A stretch of DNA of 64,000 bases from an uncultured Candidatus Binatia bacterium (GCA_964534275.1 CAZHQG010000002.1:140243-204242), one strand, 5' to 3'; counted from the stretch's first letter, positions 1-9,786 are shown. A program made the numbers and translations. The notes: generated by a model not told the origin, from the letters alone.

Positions 1-507
1 GGCTCGCTGATCTCCGACCTCGTGTTGCGGCTTCATGCGGTGGATGCGGGCGAACACGCCGATTTTTTCGAGCGCCAACGTGCCGCACTGCTCGTGTACT
101 TGGAGTACCTGCGTGCCAATCCCACGTATGTTCGTCTGGCCGACGAGATCAAGCTTTACGCTCCTGATCTCTACCGCCGAGCGGTGGCGAGCTGGGTGGA
201 TCGTATGGCAGAGCGCATCCGCGCCGGTATCCGGGAAGGCAGCGTGCGTCCGATGAGTGAAGCCGAAATTACAGCGCAGGCTCACTTGCTGTTGGGGGCG
301 CGTCACTTCCTCGAGCAAATGTTGGAAACGAGTGACGGGCTCGACGATGCGGCCATCGTCGACGCTTACATCTCGCTGCTGCGCGACGGGCTGGCGCGGC
401 GCGAGAGGGGCGCCCGCTGGGTACGTGGTTCGGCGAAGGCCGCCACGCAGTCCAACCAACGGCAAGCAAGACGCCGCGCGCACGAAAAGAAAGGGGTGGG
501 TCGATGA
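1..507 (+). CDS. TetR-family transcriptional regulator, C-terminal ligand-binding part (5' end lies outside the window)
   Basis: Open frame runs from window edge to a stop at 505-507. The helical, TetR_C-like composition (LLVYLEYLRANP...HLLLGARHFLEQ) is typical of TetR effector domains. The stop overlaps the next ATG in an ATGA arrangement. Confidence 0.55.
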   Translation, partial: GSLISDLVLRLHAVDAGEHADFFERQRAALLVYLEYLRANPTYVRLADEIKLYAPDLYRRAVASWVDRMAERIRAGIREGSVRPMSEAEITAQAHLLLGARHFLEQMLETSDGLDDAAIVDAYISLLRDGLARRERGARWVRGSAKAATQSNQRQARRRAHEKKGVGR

Positions 508-1985
508 CTGCGAGCACTGGCGGTCGTTCTGCTCGTTCGGGAGAGCTTCGGTTCGTCATCATCGGGGCAGGAATGTCTGGGATCCTGAGCGCCATCAAGC
601 TGCGCGAAGCCGGCTTTCGTGACGTCGTGATTTACGAAAAGGCCGATCGACTTGGCGGCACGTGGCGCGACAACACCTACCCAGGGCTCACGTGCGACGT
701 ACCGTCGCACCTGTATTCGTACTCGTTTGCCTTGAATCCCGATTGGACCCATCGCTTTTCGCCTGGGCCGGAGATCCAGGCCTACTTCGAGAACGTGGCG
801 CGGAAGTTCGGCGTAGATGCGTTGATCCGGTACCGAAAAGAGGTCGTCCGGTGCGAGCACTCGAACGGCGGCTGGAAGCTCACGATGAGCGACGGCTCGC
901 AGGACGAGGCAGACTTCATCATTGCCGCCAGCGGCGTGCTCCACCACCCTGCATATCCGGATATTCCCGGACTCGATCGCTTTGGCGGCCCTGCGTTCCA
1001 CAGTGCACGCTGGGATCACTCCGTGCCCCTGTCGGGTCGCCGGGTTGGCGTGGTCGGAACAGGCTCGAGTGCCATCCAAATTGTCGGAGCCATTGTCGAT
1101 CAAGTGGCCGAGCTGCGGCTCTTTCAGCGGACGCCACAGTGGATCATGCCGATGAGCAATCCCCCGTACACCGAGGCCGAGAAACAGGAGTTTCGGGAGC
1201 ATCCAGAGCGGATCGTGCAGCTCCGCGAAGAGATCTCGCGCATGTTTGTCGACACGTTTGCCAACCACCTGGCGGACGTGAACTCCCCGCAACTGCAAGC
1301 GATTCACGCGGCGTGCGAGGCTCATCTAGAAAATAGCGTGCGCGACCCAGAACTGCGCGAGAAACTTCGTCCCAACTATCGCGCGGGCTGCAAACGGTTG
1401 ATCCTGTCCGAGAACTTTTACGATGCCATTCAGCGACCCAACGCAAAGTTGGTGACCGAGCCGATCGAGCGCGTCGAAGGGGCGGGCGTGCGCACCCGCG
1501 ACGGCGTTTTGCACGAGCTGGACGTACTGGTTTTGGCAACCGGATTTCGCGTCGATCGCTTCATCCGACCAACAGAGGTGATCGGCCGCGGCGGCGTACG
1601 GCTGGACGATGTTTGGAAAGACACCCCAGCCGCGTATCTTGCCATTTCGGTGCCCGATTTTCCGAACTTCTTCTTGCTGAACGGCCCGAATAGCCCGGTC
1701 GGGAACTTCTCGCTCATCGAAGTGGCGGAGTTGCAGTTCGCCTACATTTTGCAGCTCGTCGAGCTGGTACGTCGCGGCGTGTGCGCGGAACTGAGTGCGT
1801 CGCATGCAGCAATGCGGCGTTTCGATGCGGCGCGGAAACAGCAGGCGGCACGAACGATTTGGGCTAGTGGGTGCCGCAGCTGGTACCTGGACGGCGAGGG
1901 CGTACCCATCGCCTGGCCGTGGCCGTTCGACCGCTTCCGCGAAGAAATGTCCAGGCCGAACTTGGCTGACTTCGACCGGAGATAA
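504..1985 (+). CDS. Type I Baeyer-Villiger / flavin-containing monooxygenase (FAD/NADPH dependent)
   Basis: 493 aa. An N-terminal Rossmann motif IIGAGMSG and a second dinucleotide motif GVVGTGSSA are present. The BVMO fingerprint FxGxxxHxxxW(D/P) is seen as FGGPAFHSARWD. Confidence 0.85.
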   Translation: MTASTGGRSARSGELRFVIIGAGMSGILSAIKLREAGFRDVVIYEKADRLGGTWRDNTYPGLTCDVPSHLYSYSFALNPDWTHRFSPGPEIQAYFENVARKFGVDALIRYRKEVVRCEHSNGGWKLTMSDGSQDEADFIIAASGVLHHPAYPDIPGLDRFGGPAFHSARWDHSVPLSGRRVGVVGTGSSAIQIVGAIVDQVAELRLFQRTPQWIMPMSNPPYTEAEKQEFREHPERIVQLREEISRMFVDTFANHLADVNSPQLQAIHAACEAHLENSVRDPELREKLRPNYRAGCKRLILSENFYDAIQRPNAKLVTEPIERVEGAGVRTRDGVLHELDVLVLATGFRVDRFIRPTEVIGRGGVRLDDVWKDTPAAYLAISVPDFPNFFLLNGPNSPVGNFSLIEVAELQFAYILQLVELVRRGVCAELSASHAAMRRFDAARKQQAARTIWASGCRSWYLDGEGVPIAWPWPFDRFREEMSRPNLADFDRR

Positions 1986-1995
1986 AGGGGGAGCC

Positions 1996-2614
1996 ATGAA
2001 GCGCGAACACTGCTTGATCGAACGCGACGGCCATGGGCTGATCGTCACGCTGAACCGCCCCGAGGCAAAAACGCCCTGAGTGCGGGCATGCTAGCGGGGA
2101 TGTACCGCGCTTGGCGCCTGCTCGACGAGGAGGACGACTTGCGCATGGCGATCCTCACGGGGCAAGGCGATGTGTTCTGTGCTGGTGCCGACTTCAAGTC
2201 GATGGGTGCGGGAGAAATGGACGAAGAATTCATGAAGCTCATGTCCGAGATTCCTGATATCCATTGGCAGGCACTGCTTCGACACAACCGTCCGATGCAG
2301 CCAATCGTCGCGGCGGGGGAAGGTTCCGCGGTCGCGGGCGGCACCGAGACCCTGCTCGGCACCGACATTCGCGATGCGGCGGAGGAGGCCGTGTTCGAAA
2401 TCACCGAAGCGCGGAAGATTGCAGCCACGATTTGTGAAAACGCTCCACGTCGGTGCGCGCGCTCGTGCGGATGCTGCGCGAGGTGGGCGAAAGTTCCGGC
2501 GAGGCCCTTGCGAAAGAGCTCGAAGTCGGCAGCCCCATCTTCGGGACCCCCGACGCGCGCGAAGGCATGAAAGCGTTCGCGGAGAAGCGCAAACCCATCG
2601 ACAAGGACGGGTGA
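1996..2614 (+). pseudogene. Enoyl-CoA hydratase/isomerase (crotonase) disrupted by two +/-1 frameshifts
   Basis: Crotonase homology is split across three frames. Frame 1 (1996-2079) reads MKREHCLIERDGHGLIVTLNRPEAK. Frame 0 (2088-~2440) reads AILTGQGDVFCAGADFKSM...AGGTETLLGTDIR. Frame 2 (2441-2614) reads SVRALVRMLREVGESS...FGTPDAREGMKAFAEKRKPIDKDG*. The first shift is at the A5 homopolymer 2067-2071. The second is near 2441-2455. Confidence 0.6.
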
Positions 2615-2616
2615 CA

Positions 2617-4104
2617 ATGGCAGAGTTCCCGGCAAACGTCCCGGTGATTGTGGGCGTTGGTTTTCACCAAGAGCGCAACGAAGATCCCACTCAGTGCTCC
2701 GAGCCTTACCAGCTCATGGTGCAGGCAGCACGAGCGGCCGCTGCCGACGCAGGGTCGGAGGAGCTCCTGCGGCGCATCGAGTCGGTGTCGGTGCCGCGCG
2801 GGATGTGGCAATACCGGAATCCCGGTAGGCTCGTTGCCGAAGCACTTGGATGCTCGAGGGCAAAGAGCATCTTGTCGGACTTAGGAGTTCTGCAGCTCAC
2901 CCTGCTGAGCGAACTCTGTCAGTCGATTGCAGCAGGCGAACGTACGGTTGGCCTGGTCACGGGAGGGGAGGCCCAGTTTCGTGCCCTGCGGGCCATGATC
3001 ACGCAGCAGCGGGTGACGGATACTGAGCAGCCCGAGGAGACTCCAGCGCCGGATGTTCACCTTACCTCCTCCGACCCCTTTTGCAGCGATCTCGAGAGCC
3101 GGCGTGGTCTGAATCTGCCCGTGGAGTACTTTGCGATCATCGAATCGGCCTTGCGCTGTCACCAAGGCCTGAGCGTGGATGGGCACCGGGACCGTTTAGC
3201 TGCGCTGTACAGCTCGTTTAGCGAGGTCGCAGCCGGCAACCCGCACGCGTGGCGGCGCGAAATGGTAAGCCCCGAGGACATTCGCAATCCCTCCGCCAAG
3301 AATCCCATGCTGGCATTTCCCTACACGAAGAGACACTGCAGCCAGTGGAACGTAAACCGCGGGGTGGCCATTCTCGTTTGTTCGCTCCGCGTTGCCCAGG
3401 AACTTGGCCTCGACTCTTCGCGCTGGGTTTTCCCCGTTGTCACGGTCGAGTCGAAGCACGTAGTCGTGCTGGCTCAGAAAAGAACGCTGCATAGCCAGCC
3501 CGGAACGGTCCTGTGCGGACAGCGAGCCTTTGCTCTTGCAGGCATCACCCCTGCCGATCTGACCGCCGCAGAGCTTTACAGTTGCTTCCCGGCGGCAATT
3601 CAGTCGTTTGCGCTCGACCTCGGGCTGGATGGTGTCTGCCCCCTGACTGTCACTGGTTCCATGGCGTTTGCTGGGGGTCCGTACAACCATTTCAGCCTCG
3701 AGGGAGTGGCGAGAATGGTGGAGGTGCTCCGTGCTGGCGGTAGACCGCACCGGTTCGGGCTCGTCTCGAACTTGAGCGGCATCTTTGGAAAGCAAGCTTG
3801 CGTCTTACTTTCGGACGTCCCCAGGCCGGGTGGCTACGCGTACGAGGACGTCACCGAGGCGGTTGCCAAGATCGACCAACCTGTCCCGCTGAACGAGCAG
3901 TATACCGGGCCAGCGACCATCGTCGGCTACACGGTCGTGTTCCAACGGGACCATCCGTCACACGCGATCGCCATTTGCGATACGCCGGCTGGCGAGCGAA
4001 CGGTTGCGAAGAGCGAGGATGCGTTCTTGCTCGAAGCAATGATGCGCGAAGAGTTTTGCGGCCGCCCGGCCGAGATCTCGGCAGGCGGAGGCTTCCGATT
4101 GTAA
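2617..4104 (+). CDS. SCP-x/Ltp-type thiolase-like protein fused to a C-terminal OB-fold (DUF35-like) domain
   Basis: ATG at 2617 (MAEFPANVPVIVGVGF) follows the hydratase stop. The thiolase-like core is about 380 aa. The C-terminal ~80 aa (TGPATIVGYTVVF...AIAICDTPAGERTVAKSEDAFLLEAMMREE) resemble the DUF35 OB fold and lack the zinc ribbon. The upstream part of the listed 2374-4104 ORF is the out-of-frame hydratase 3' end. Confidence 0.75.
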   Translation: MAEFPANVPVIVGVGFHQERNEDPTQCSEPYQLMVQAARAAAADAGSEELLRRIESVSVPRGMWQYRNPGRLVAEALGCSRAKSILSDLGVLQLTLLSELCQSIAAGERTVGLVTGGEAQFRALRAMITQQRVTDTEQPEETPAPDVHLTSSDPFCSDLESRRGLNLPVEYFAIIESALRCHQGLSVDGHRDRLAALYSSFSEVAAGNPHAWRREMVSPEDIRNPSAKNPMLAFPYTKRHCSQWNVNRGVAILVCSLRVAQELGLDSSRWVFPVVTVESKHVVVLAQKRTLHSQPGTVLCGQRAFALAGITPADLTAAELYSCFPAAIQSFALDLGLDGVCPLTVTGSMAFAGGPYNHFSLEGVARMVEVLRAGGRPHRFGLVSNLSGIFGKQACVLLSDVPRPGGYAYEDVTEAVAKIDQPVPLNEQYTGPATIVGYTVVFQRDHPSHAIAICDTPAGERTVAKSEDAFLLEAMMREEFCGRPAEISAGGGFRL

Positions 4105-4371
4105 CGGCTCGAGGAGCTTTCCCAACACGGCGTCCGGGCTGCCGATTCCCGTGTACGCTCGATCTCGAATTCGCAGGCGCGTGGCGAAATCCAACCTGGC
4201 CGCCCCGCGAAGGTGCTGGGCAAAACTCGGACTGCCGCCGATGGCGTGTGTCTGTGCCGCTCGATGCACCTCCCAGGCAGCCCTGGGGCCTGCGGCTCGC
4301 GACAACGAACGGTTGGGAGAAAACCGTTTGACATGTTGCACGAAACTCTGTAGGGCCGCGACTGGAGGACT

Positions 4372-5412
4372 TTGGAAATGCACGAATGGGTGCGGCGGGG
4401 GGTGGGCACAGTAGCGGTGGTTTTGGCTATTGTTTCTTCGGCGTTTGCCACGCCACAGTCGCTGCCGCAGACGATCTTACCGGGGGTCGGCAGCACATCT
4501 TGGGAAATTCGCAATGATGGGGGCACGGACGGCGGGCCGTTTGCCGGGGTGTGTGACGGTTCCCCGGCATTTGGGTTCGATGACGCGACGTCTGCTTCCG
4601 GAGCCGGCGACGCGTACGACGGGGCCTGGAGCGTGTGGATCAACGGCAATCCCTTCGTCGCGCCAGGGGGGTTGGTGGATGTGACCGGCACGACGCTTCT
4701 GGCTGGCCCAGTAGCGATGTCGGGGTTGAATGTTTGGTTGCAGTATTTCTTTTCCACCACGCATCAGGCGGCAAGGATCCTCGTAATCCTGCAAAACCCC
4801 AGCCCAGTTGCGGCGAATGTCACCGTGCAAGTGCCGATCAATTTCGGCTCCGATTCAAATACGACGGTCGGGCACACTTCGTCTGGCGATACGACCGTGA
4901 CCACGGCTGACCGCTGGGTGGTGACTTCTGACGGGGGGCCGGGCGACCCGGTCAATACCACAGTCTTTTATGGACCAGGTTCTCCCGCGCTGGTCCCAAC
5001 AAGTTATACGCAGACGGTGTTCCACTGTGCTACTCGAGACGGTATCGGTGCGACATTCAACGTTTCGGTGCCGGGCTCGAGCGCCCGCGCGCTCCTGTTT
5101 TTTGCCGGCCTCGGCGATATCGCCGGTACGGGCAATTCGATTGCAGGAGCAATAGCGAACGCCACCCTGTTCGACTCGGTCACCAGCCTGGCCAATTCGA
5201 CAGACCTGCTCAGCGGTGTGACCGTTGGCACTTCTCAAAGCGCTTTAGTCCTGAATTGGGAAGGCTTGTCTGTGCAGTTGCCGCAGCAAGTCAGGACCGC
5301 AGCCGCCCCGCTGGTGAGCAACCCCCTACTGGTACTCTTTTGTGCGCTCATGCTGGCCGGGTTCGGCTGCTTGCAACTGCGCCGCGCGCGTGCCGGCGCG
5401 CCCATGTGCTGA
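4372..5412 (+). CDS. Secreted Gly/Thr/Ser/Asn/Val-rich cell-surface protein with C-terminal hydrophobic helix plus basic tail (sorting-signal-like)
   Basis: The N-terminal signal peptide is MEMHEWVRRGVGTVAVVLAIVSSAFA. The body is low-complexity and beta-rich. The C-terminus reads PLVSNPLLVLFCALMLAGFGCLQLRRARAGAPMC, a TM helix plus RRAR that resembles PEP-CTERM/exosortase-type tripartite signals without a canonical PEP motif. Confidence 0.55.
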   Translation: MEMHEWVRRGVGTVAVVLAIVSSAFATPQSLPQTILPGVGSTSWEIRNDGGTDGGPFAGVCDGSPAFGFDDATSASGAGDAYDGAWSVWINGNPFVAPGGLVDVTGTTLLAGPVAMSGLNVWLQYFFSTTHQAARILVILQNPSPVAANVTVQVPINFGSDSNTTVGHTSSGDTTVTTADRWVVTSDGGPGDPVNTTVFYGPGSPALVPTSYTQTVFHCATRDGIGATFNVSVPGSSARALLFFAGLGDIAGTGNSIAGAIANATLFDSVTSLANSTDLLSGVTVGTSQSALVLNWEGLSVQLPQQVRTAAAPLVSNPLLVLFCALMLAGFGCLQLRRARAGAPMC

Positions 5413-5609
5413 CGCATGGCCCTCTGTACGTCATCGTGGGTCCGGTCTCGCTAGCAGCTATCTCGAGAACCGGCGTCCCGGGTTCCACCGCTCGGTGCGA
5501 GCGGCACGAACGTTCTTGGATCGAATCGCTAACGCGCGGGTGCCAACGTGATCGGGGGCACAGAATCGCTGCGTCCATACACGCGTACGTTGTCAACGCG
5601 CTGGTCTGG

Positions 5610-5647
5610 AAGGCGCCAGGTCGGCATTGATTGGGCGCCTTTTGGTG
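5610..5647 (+). terminator. Candidate hairpin (8-bp perfect stem AAGGCGCC/GGCGCCTT, 16-nt loop) followed by TTTGGTG
   Basis: Seen directly within the 426-bp gene-free spacer between the surface-protein gene and rppH. The T-tract is weak. Confidence 0.25.
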
Positions 5648-5838
5648 TGGCCGCTCAGCAAGGTTCCTCCGTGGTTGATCGGCGGTGGTAACGCTGCACG
5701 GCTGCTACGCGGAGAACTTGAGCGAGGCAAGGCGGAAACAGGTGTGCTGTTCTGTTGTCGACGCACGAAACGGTGAGCTGCGCTACTCCGGAACCACGGG
5801 TTCGAGTTTTGGGGCCGGGTTTGTTACGAAGCTAGCGT

Positions 5839-6387
5839 ATGGTTTCTTTCCCAAAGCGCACTGCGGAACTGCCGTATCGATTGTGTGTCGGTGTTGCGGT
5901 GTTCCGCTCCGATGGCTGCGTGTGGATCGGTAAGCGGATTGCGGCAGCCGACGCCGAAGAAGGCATGGGCACCTGGTGGCAAATGCCTCAAGGTGGTCTC
6001 GACGAGGGCGAAAACCCGGAAGAGGCTGCACGTCGCGAACTGTGGGAAGAAACCTCGATGCGCTCGGTGAGGCTGCTTGGCGAGGTGCCCGGGTGGTTTG
6101 CGTACGACTTGCCGCCCGACTTGCAACGGATTGCGTGGGGCGGGCGTTATCGTGGCCAGAAGCAAAAATGGTTTGCCTTTCGCTTCGAGGGGCACGATTC
6201 AGAAATCGACGTGCATCGGCCCGGGGACGGTAAACACAAGCCGGAATTTGGCGAGTGGCGATGGGAGCAAGTGGAGCGGCTACCGGAACTCGTGGTCGGC
6301 TTCAAACGGCAGGTGTATGCGGCGCTCGTTCCCCACTTGCGACAGTTCGCCGAGCGGGCGCGCCAGCAGATCGAAGGAGCAACGTAA
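5839..6387 (+). CDS. rppH: RNA pyrophosphohydrolase-like NUDIX hydrolase
   Basis: The NUDIX box GGLDEGENPEEAARRELWEETS is present. The N-terminus YRLCVGVAVF... is RppH/NudH-like. Length is 182 aa. Confidence 0.8.
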   Translation: MVSFPKRTAELPYRLCVGVAVFRSDGCVWIGKRIAAADAEEGMGTWWQMPQGGLDEGENPEEAARRELWEETSMRSVRLLGEVPGWFAYDLPPDLQRIAWGGRYRGQKQKWFAFRFEGHDSEIDVHRPGDGKHKPEFGEWRWEQVERLPELVVGFKRQVYAALVPHLRQFAERARQQIEGAT

Positions 6388-6404
6388 ATGCGCGTTGCCC
6401 GAGC

Positions 6405-6989
6405 CTAGGTTGACCGCGATGGTCCTCGGCCTCGGAGCTTGCGTCCGGAACCCGATCGCGTGGATCCCTCGCGCGGTTGGCGCTGCGAGGCAAGTTCTTG
6501 TCCTCCAGTGGAAGTCGTGCGTCCCGCTTGGCGGCGCTGGCATCGAGCGCAGATGCCGTAAAGCTCCATGCGGTGGCCGGTAAACAAAAACCCTTCGCGA
6601 GCGGCCACTTCGGCTTGTAACTGCTCGATGCGCTCTTCTTCGAATTCCACGATGGTGCCGCAGCGCACACAAATGAGATGGTCGTGGTGATGTCCTTCGG
6701 TGCTTTCGTAGCGCGCCTCGCCGTTGAGGAAGTGGCTTTCCGAAGCCAAACCGCACTCGGTCAGCAGCTTCATCGTGCGGTAAACGGTTGCGTAGCCGAT
6801 CCGGCGGTTGACCTTTTTCACTTCGCGGTACAGCTCGTCCACGCTGATGTGCCGCTTGGCGGCGAAAAAGACACGGGCGATGTCATCCCGTTGGGCAGTG
6901 GATTTTAAGCCGAGACGACGCAGGTGCTCCTTAAAAATACGGAAACTCTCTGCTGCAGGATCGGTTTTGGGCGCAGCAGGGCGCTCCAT
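6405..6989 (-). CDS. fur: Fur-family ferric/zinc uptake regulator with unusual Arg/Gly/Ser-rich C-terminal extension
   Basis: The winged-helix N-terminus and the HHHDHLICVRCG...CARCQ metal-site motifs are typical of Fur. About 45 extra low-complexity residues follow the last Cys pair before the stop. Confidence 0.85.
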   Translation of the reverse strand: MERPAAPKTDPAAESFRIFKEHLRRLGLKSTAQRDDIARVFFAAKRHISVDELYREVKKVNRRIGYATVYRTMKLLTECGLASESHFLNGEARYESTEGHHHDHLICVRCGTIVEFEEERIEQLQAEVAAREGFLFTGHRMELYGICARCQRRQAGRTTSTGGQELASQRQPREGSTRSGSGRKLRGRGPSRST

Positions 6990-7000
6990 TCAGCCTCCGC

Positions 7001-7327
7001 TTACGCGTCGGTGGACGCGCCGGATGTCGATGCGACGCTACGCCCGAACAACTCGCGCGCAGGTGGGGAGAGAAACACATCGTCCAGGGGTTCCGTGCGG
7101 AGCACCTCCACCAGCACGTCTAGCTGCGCTTCTGGCGACGCGTCGCGGTCGAGGAAAATCATCTTCGTTCCTCGCACGAGGCACCCGCCCCCGCGAACGT
7201 GGTAGCCGACCTCGCGCAGGAGTTTTTCCTCGCGGACCGTATAGCCTAGACGCTCGGCAATCGCGCGTAGCTCTTCCACCAGGGCCCGAAACCGGGCGGC
7301 GCTGTGGCGTCGTTGTTGCGTTGCCAT
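7001..7327 (-). CDS. Hypothetical 108-aa protein, co-directional and immediately upstream of fur
   Basis: ATG at 7327 (MATQQRRHSAARFRALVEEL...). Coding-like GC3 and an 11-bp gap to fur support it. No family recognised. Confidence 0.45.
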   Translation of the reverse strand: MATQQRRHSAARFRALVEELRAIAERLGYTVREEKLLREVGYHVRGGGCLVRGTKMIFLDRDASPEAQLDVLVEVLRTEPLDDVFLSPPARELFGRSVASTSGASTDA

Positions 7328-7425
7328 GACTTGGCCAAATCTACCCGCGGCCTGGAAGCAACACAACCCGAACCCATTGCGCGTTCTGGCCAACAAGGCA
7401 AACTGCACGTGCTGGAGGTGCACAG

Positions 7426-9786
7426 ATGACCAGGGTTCTGGACGAAGCGCTCTTGCAGAGAATCGATGCGTACTGGAGGGCGGCGAATTACCTCACCGTC
7501 GGCCAAATTTATTTGCTCGACAACCCTTTGTTGCGGGAACCCTTGCGGCCCGAGCACATTAAACCTCGCCTCCTAGGCCATTGGGGCACTTCGCCTGGGC
7601 TCACGTTCATTTACACGCATCTGAATCGAGCAATCGTCGCTCACGACCTGAACATGATGTACGTCATCGGGCCTGGCCATGGGGGGCCGGCGATCATCGC
7701 CCACACGTATCTCGAGGGAACGTACAGCGAGTTGTACCCCGACGTTGCCCAAGACGAGGAAGGGCTGCGGCGCTTGTTCAAGCAGTTTTCTTTCCCGGGA
7801 GGGGTCCCGAGCCACGTCGCTCCGGAAGTACCAGGGTCCATCCACGAAGGCGGTGAACTGGGTTATTCCCTTGCGCACGCCTTTGGTGCCGCTTTCGACA
7901 ATCCCGACCTGATCGTGGCTTGTGTGGTAGGTGACGGCGAAGCGGAAACCGGCCCGCTGGCAACGAGCTGGCACTCGAACAAGTTCCTGAATCCTGTGTG
8001 CGACGGGGCCGTGTTGCCGATTTTGCATTTGAACGGGTACAAAATCGCCGGGCCCACGGTCTTAGCCCGAATCCCGCGCGAAGAGCTGGAGTCGCTCCTG
8101 CGCGGCTATGGATACGCGCCGCGCTTTGTCACAGGCTCGGATCCTCCCACGATGCACGAAGCGATGGCCCAAGCTCTAGAGTGGGCAATCGCGAGGATCC
8201 GAGAAATCCAAGAGCGTGCACGCGGCGAGGGGGACTCGGCACGGCCGATTTGGCCGATGATCGTGCTGGAAACCCCGAAGGGCTGGACCGGACCGAAGGC
8301 CGTCGACGGCAAACCGGTGGAAGGTTCGTTTCGCTCCCACCAAGTGCCCCTGTCGCGCGTGCGCGAAGACCCGGAACAGCTTCGCGCTCTGGAGGCTTGG
8401 TTGCGAAGCTACCGGCCTGAGGAGCTGTTCGACGACCGCGGGCGACTGCGGCCGGAGCTACGCGCCCTCGCCCCAAAAGGAGAACGGCGAATGAGCGCCA
8501 ACCCCCACGCCAACGGCGGGGTGCTGTTGCGCGACTTGCGTTTGCCAGACTTTCGCGAGTACGCCGTCCCCGTGCCGCAGCCCGGGGGCACGGTTGCAGA
8601 GGCCACGCGCGTACAAGGTGCATTCATCCGCGATGTGCTCCGGCTCAACGCCGAAGCGCGGAACTTTCGTGTGTTCAGTCCGGACGAAACCACGTCGAAT
8701 CGCTGGAACGACGTATTCGAAGTGACGAGCCGTTGCTCGGTTGCCGCCATCGAGCCGCATGACGAGGCGGTCGCACCCACAGGGCGCGTGATGGAAATGC
8801 TGAGCGAACACCAGTGCCAGGGATGGCTCGAGGGCTACTTGCTCACAGGCCGTCACGGCTTCTTCAACTGTTACGAGGCGTTCATCCACATCGTCGATTC
8901 CATGTTCAACCAGCACGCAAAGTGGCTCAAGGTTGCCCGCCACATTCCTTGGCGCAGACCCATTGCCGCGCTGAACTACTTGCTCACGTCACACGTGTGG
9001 CGGCAAGACCACAACGGCTTCACCCACCAAGATCCGGGCTTCCTCGACATCGTCGTCAACAAAAAGGCGGAACTGATTCGGGTGTACTTGCCGCCAGACG
9101 CCAACACGCTCTTGTACGTGACCGACAAGTGCCTGCGCAGCCGCGACTGCATCAACGTGATCGTTGCCGGCAAGCAACCAGCACCGCAGTGGTTCGATAT
9201 GGATGCCGCAATCAAGCACTGCTCTTCCGGAATCGGGATCCTCCCGTGGGCAAGCAACGACGAAGGGAGCGAGCCCGACGTCGTGCTTGCCTGCTGCGGC
9301 GACGTACCGACGCTTGAAACACTGGGCGCGGCTTGGCTCTTGCGCCGCTTTATGCCGGAACTCAAGGTGCGCGTGATCAACGTGGTGGACCTCATGACTC
9401 TGCAACCTCGCAGCGAGCACCCGCACGGGCTGACCGATGCGCAGTTCGACGTGCTGTTTACCACCAACAAGCCCATCATCTTTGCCTTCCACGGCTACCC
9501 CTGGCTGATTCATCGCCTGGCATACCGCCGCAGAAATCACCCGAATTTGCATGTGCGCGGCTACAAGGAGGAAGGCTCGACCACGACGCCCTTCGACATG
9601 TGCGTACGGAACGACCTCGACCGTTTCCACTTGGTGGAAGACGTCATCGATCGAGTGCCCTTCCTCGGAGCACGGAAAGCCTACGTAAAACAAGCGATTC
9701 GCGACAAGCTCGTCGAACACCGCGAGTACATCACGAAATACGGCGACGACTTGCCCGAAATTCGGGACTGGAAGTGGTCGGCTTAA
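7426..9786 (+). CDS. xfp: Xylulose-5-phosphate/fructose-6-phosphate phosphoketolase
   Basis: 786 aa with a TPP-dependent phosphoketolase signature ([20 protein letters not shown]...GDGEAETG). The RBS GGAGGTG lies 5 nt upstream of the ATG. Confidence 0.95.
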   Translation: MTRVLDEALLQRIDAYWRAANYLTVGQIYLLDNPLLREPLRPEHIKPRLLGHWGTSPGLTFIYTHLNRAIVAHDLNMMYVIGPGHGGPAIIAHTYLEGTYSELYPDVAQDEEGLRRLFKQFSFPGGVPSHVAPEVPGSIHEGGELGYSLAHAFGAAFDNPDLIVACVVGDGEAETGPLATSWHSNKFLNPVCDGAVLPILHLNGYKIAGPTVLARIPREELESLLRGYGYAPRFVTGSDPPTMHEAMAQALEWAIARIREIQERARGEGDSARPIWPMIVLETPKGWTGPKAVDGKPVEGSFRSHQVPLSRVREDPEQLRALEAWLRSYRPEELFDDRGRLRPELRALAPKGERRMSANPHANGGVLLRDLRLPDFREYAVPVPQPGGTVAEATRVQGAFIRDVLRLNAEARNFRVFSPDETTSNRWNDVFEVTSRCSVAAIEPHDEAVAPTGRVMEMLSEHQCQGWLEGYLLTGRHGFFNCYEAFIHIVDSMFNQHAKWLKVARHIPWRRPIAALNYLLTSHVWRQDHNGFTHQDPGFLDIVVNKKAELIRVYLPPDANTLLYVTDKCLRSRDCINVIVAGKQPAPQWFDMDAAIKHCSSGIGILPWASNDEGSEPDVVLACCGDVPTLETLGAAWLLRRFMPELKVRVINVVDLMTLQPRSEHPHGLTDAQFDVLFTTNKPIIFAFHGYPWLIHRLAYRRRNHPNLHVRGYKEEGSTTTPFDMCVRNDLDRFHLVEDVIDRVPFLGARKAYVKQAIRDKLVEHREYITKYGDDLPEIRDWKWSA

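Noticed and set aside
366-1325. 319-aa minus-strand ORF
   Set aside because: Shadow of the BVMO gene, which has clear FAD/NADP and BVMO fingerprint motifs on the + strand.
2374-2616. N-terminal extension of the listed 2374-4104 ORF (MRRRRPCSKSPKRGRLQ...)
   Set aside because: This stretch is the out-of-frame 3' end of the crotonase gene. The thiolase-like protein starts at ATG 2617, right after the crotonase stop.
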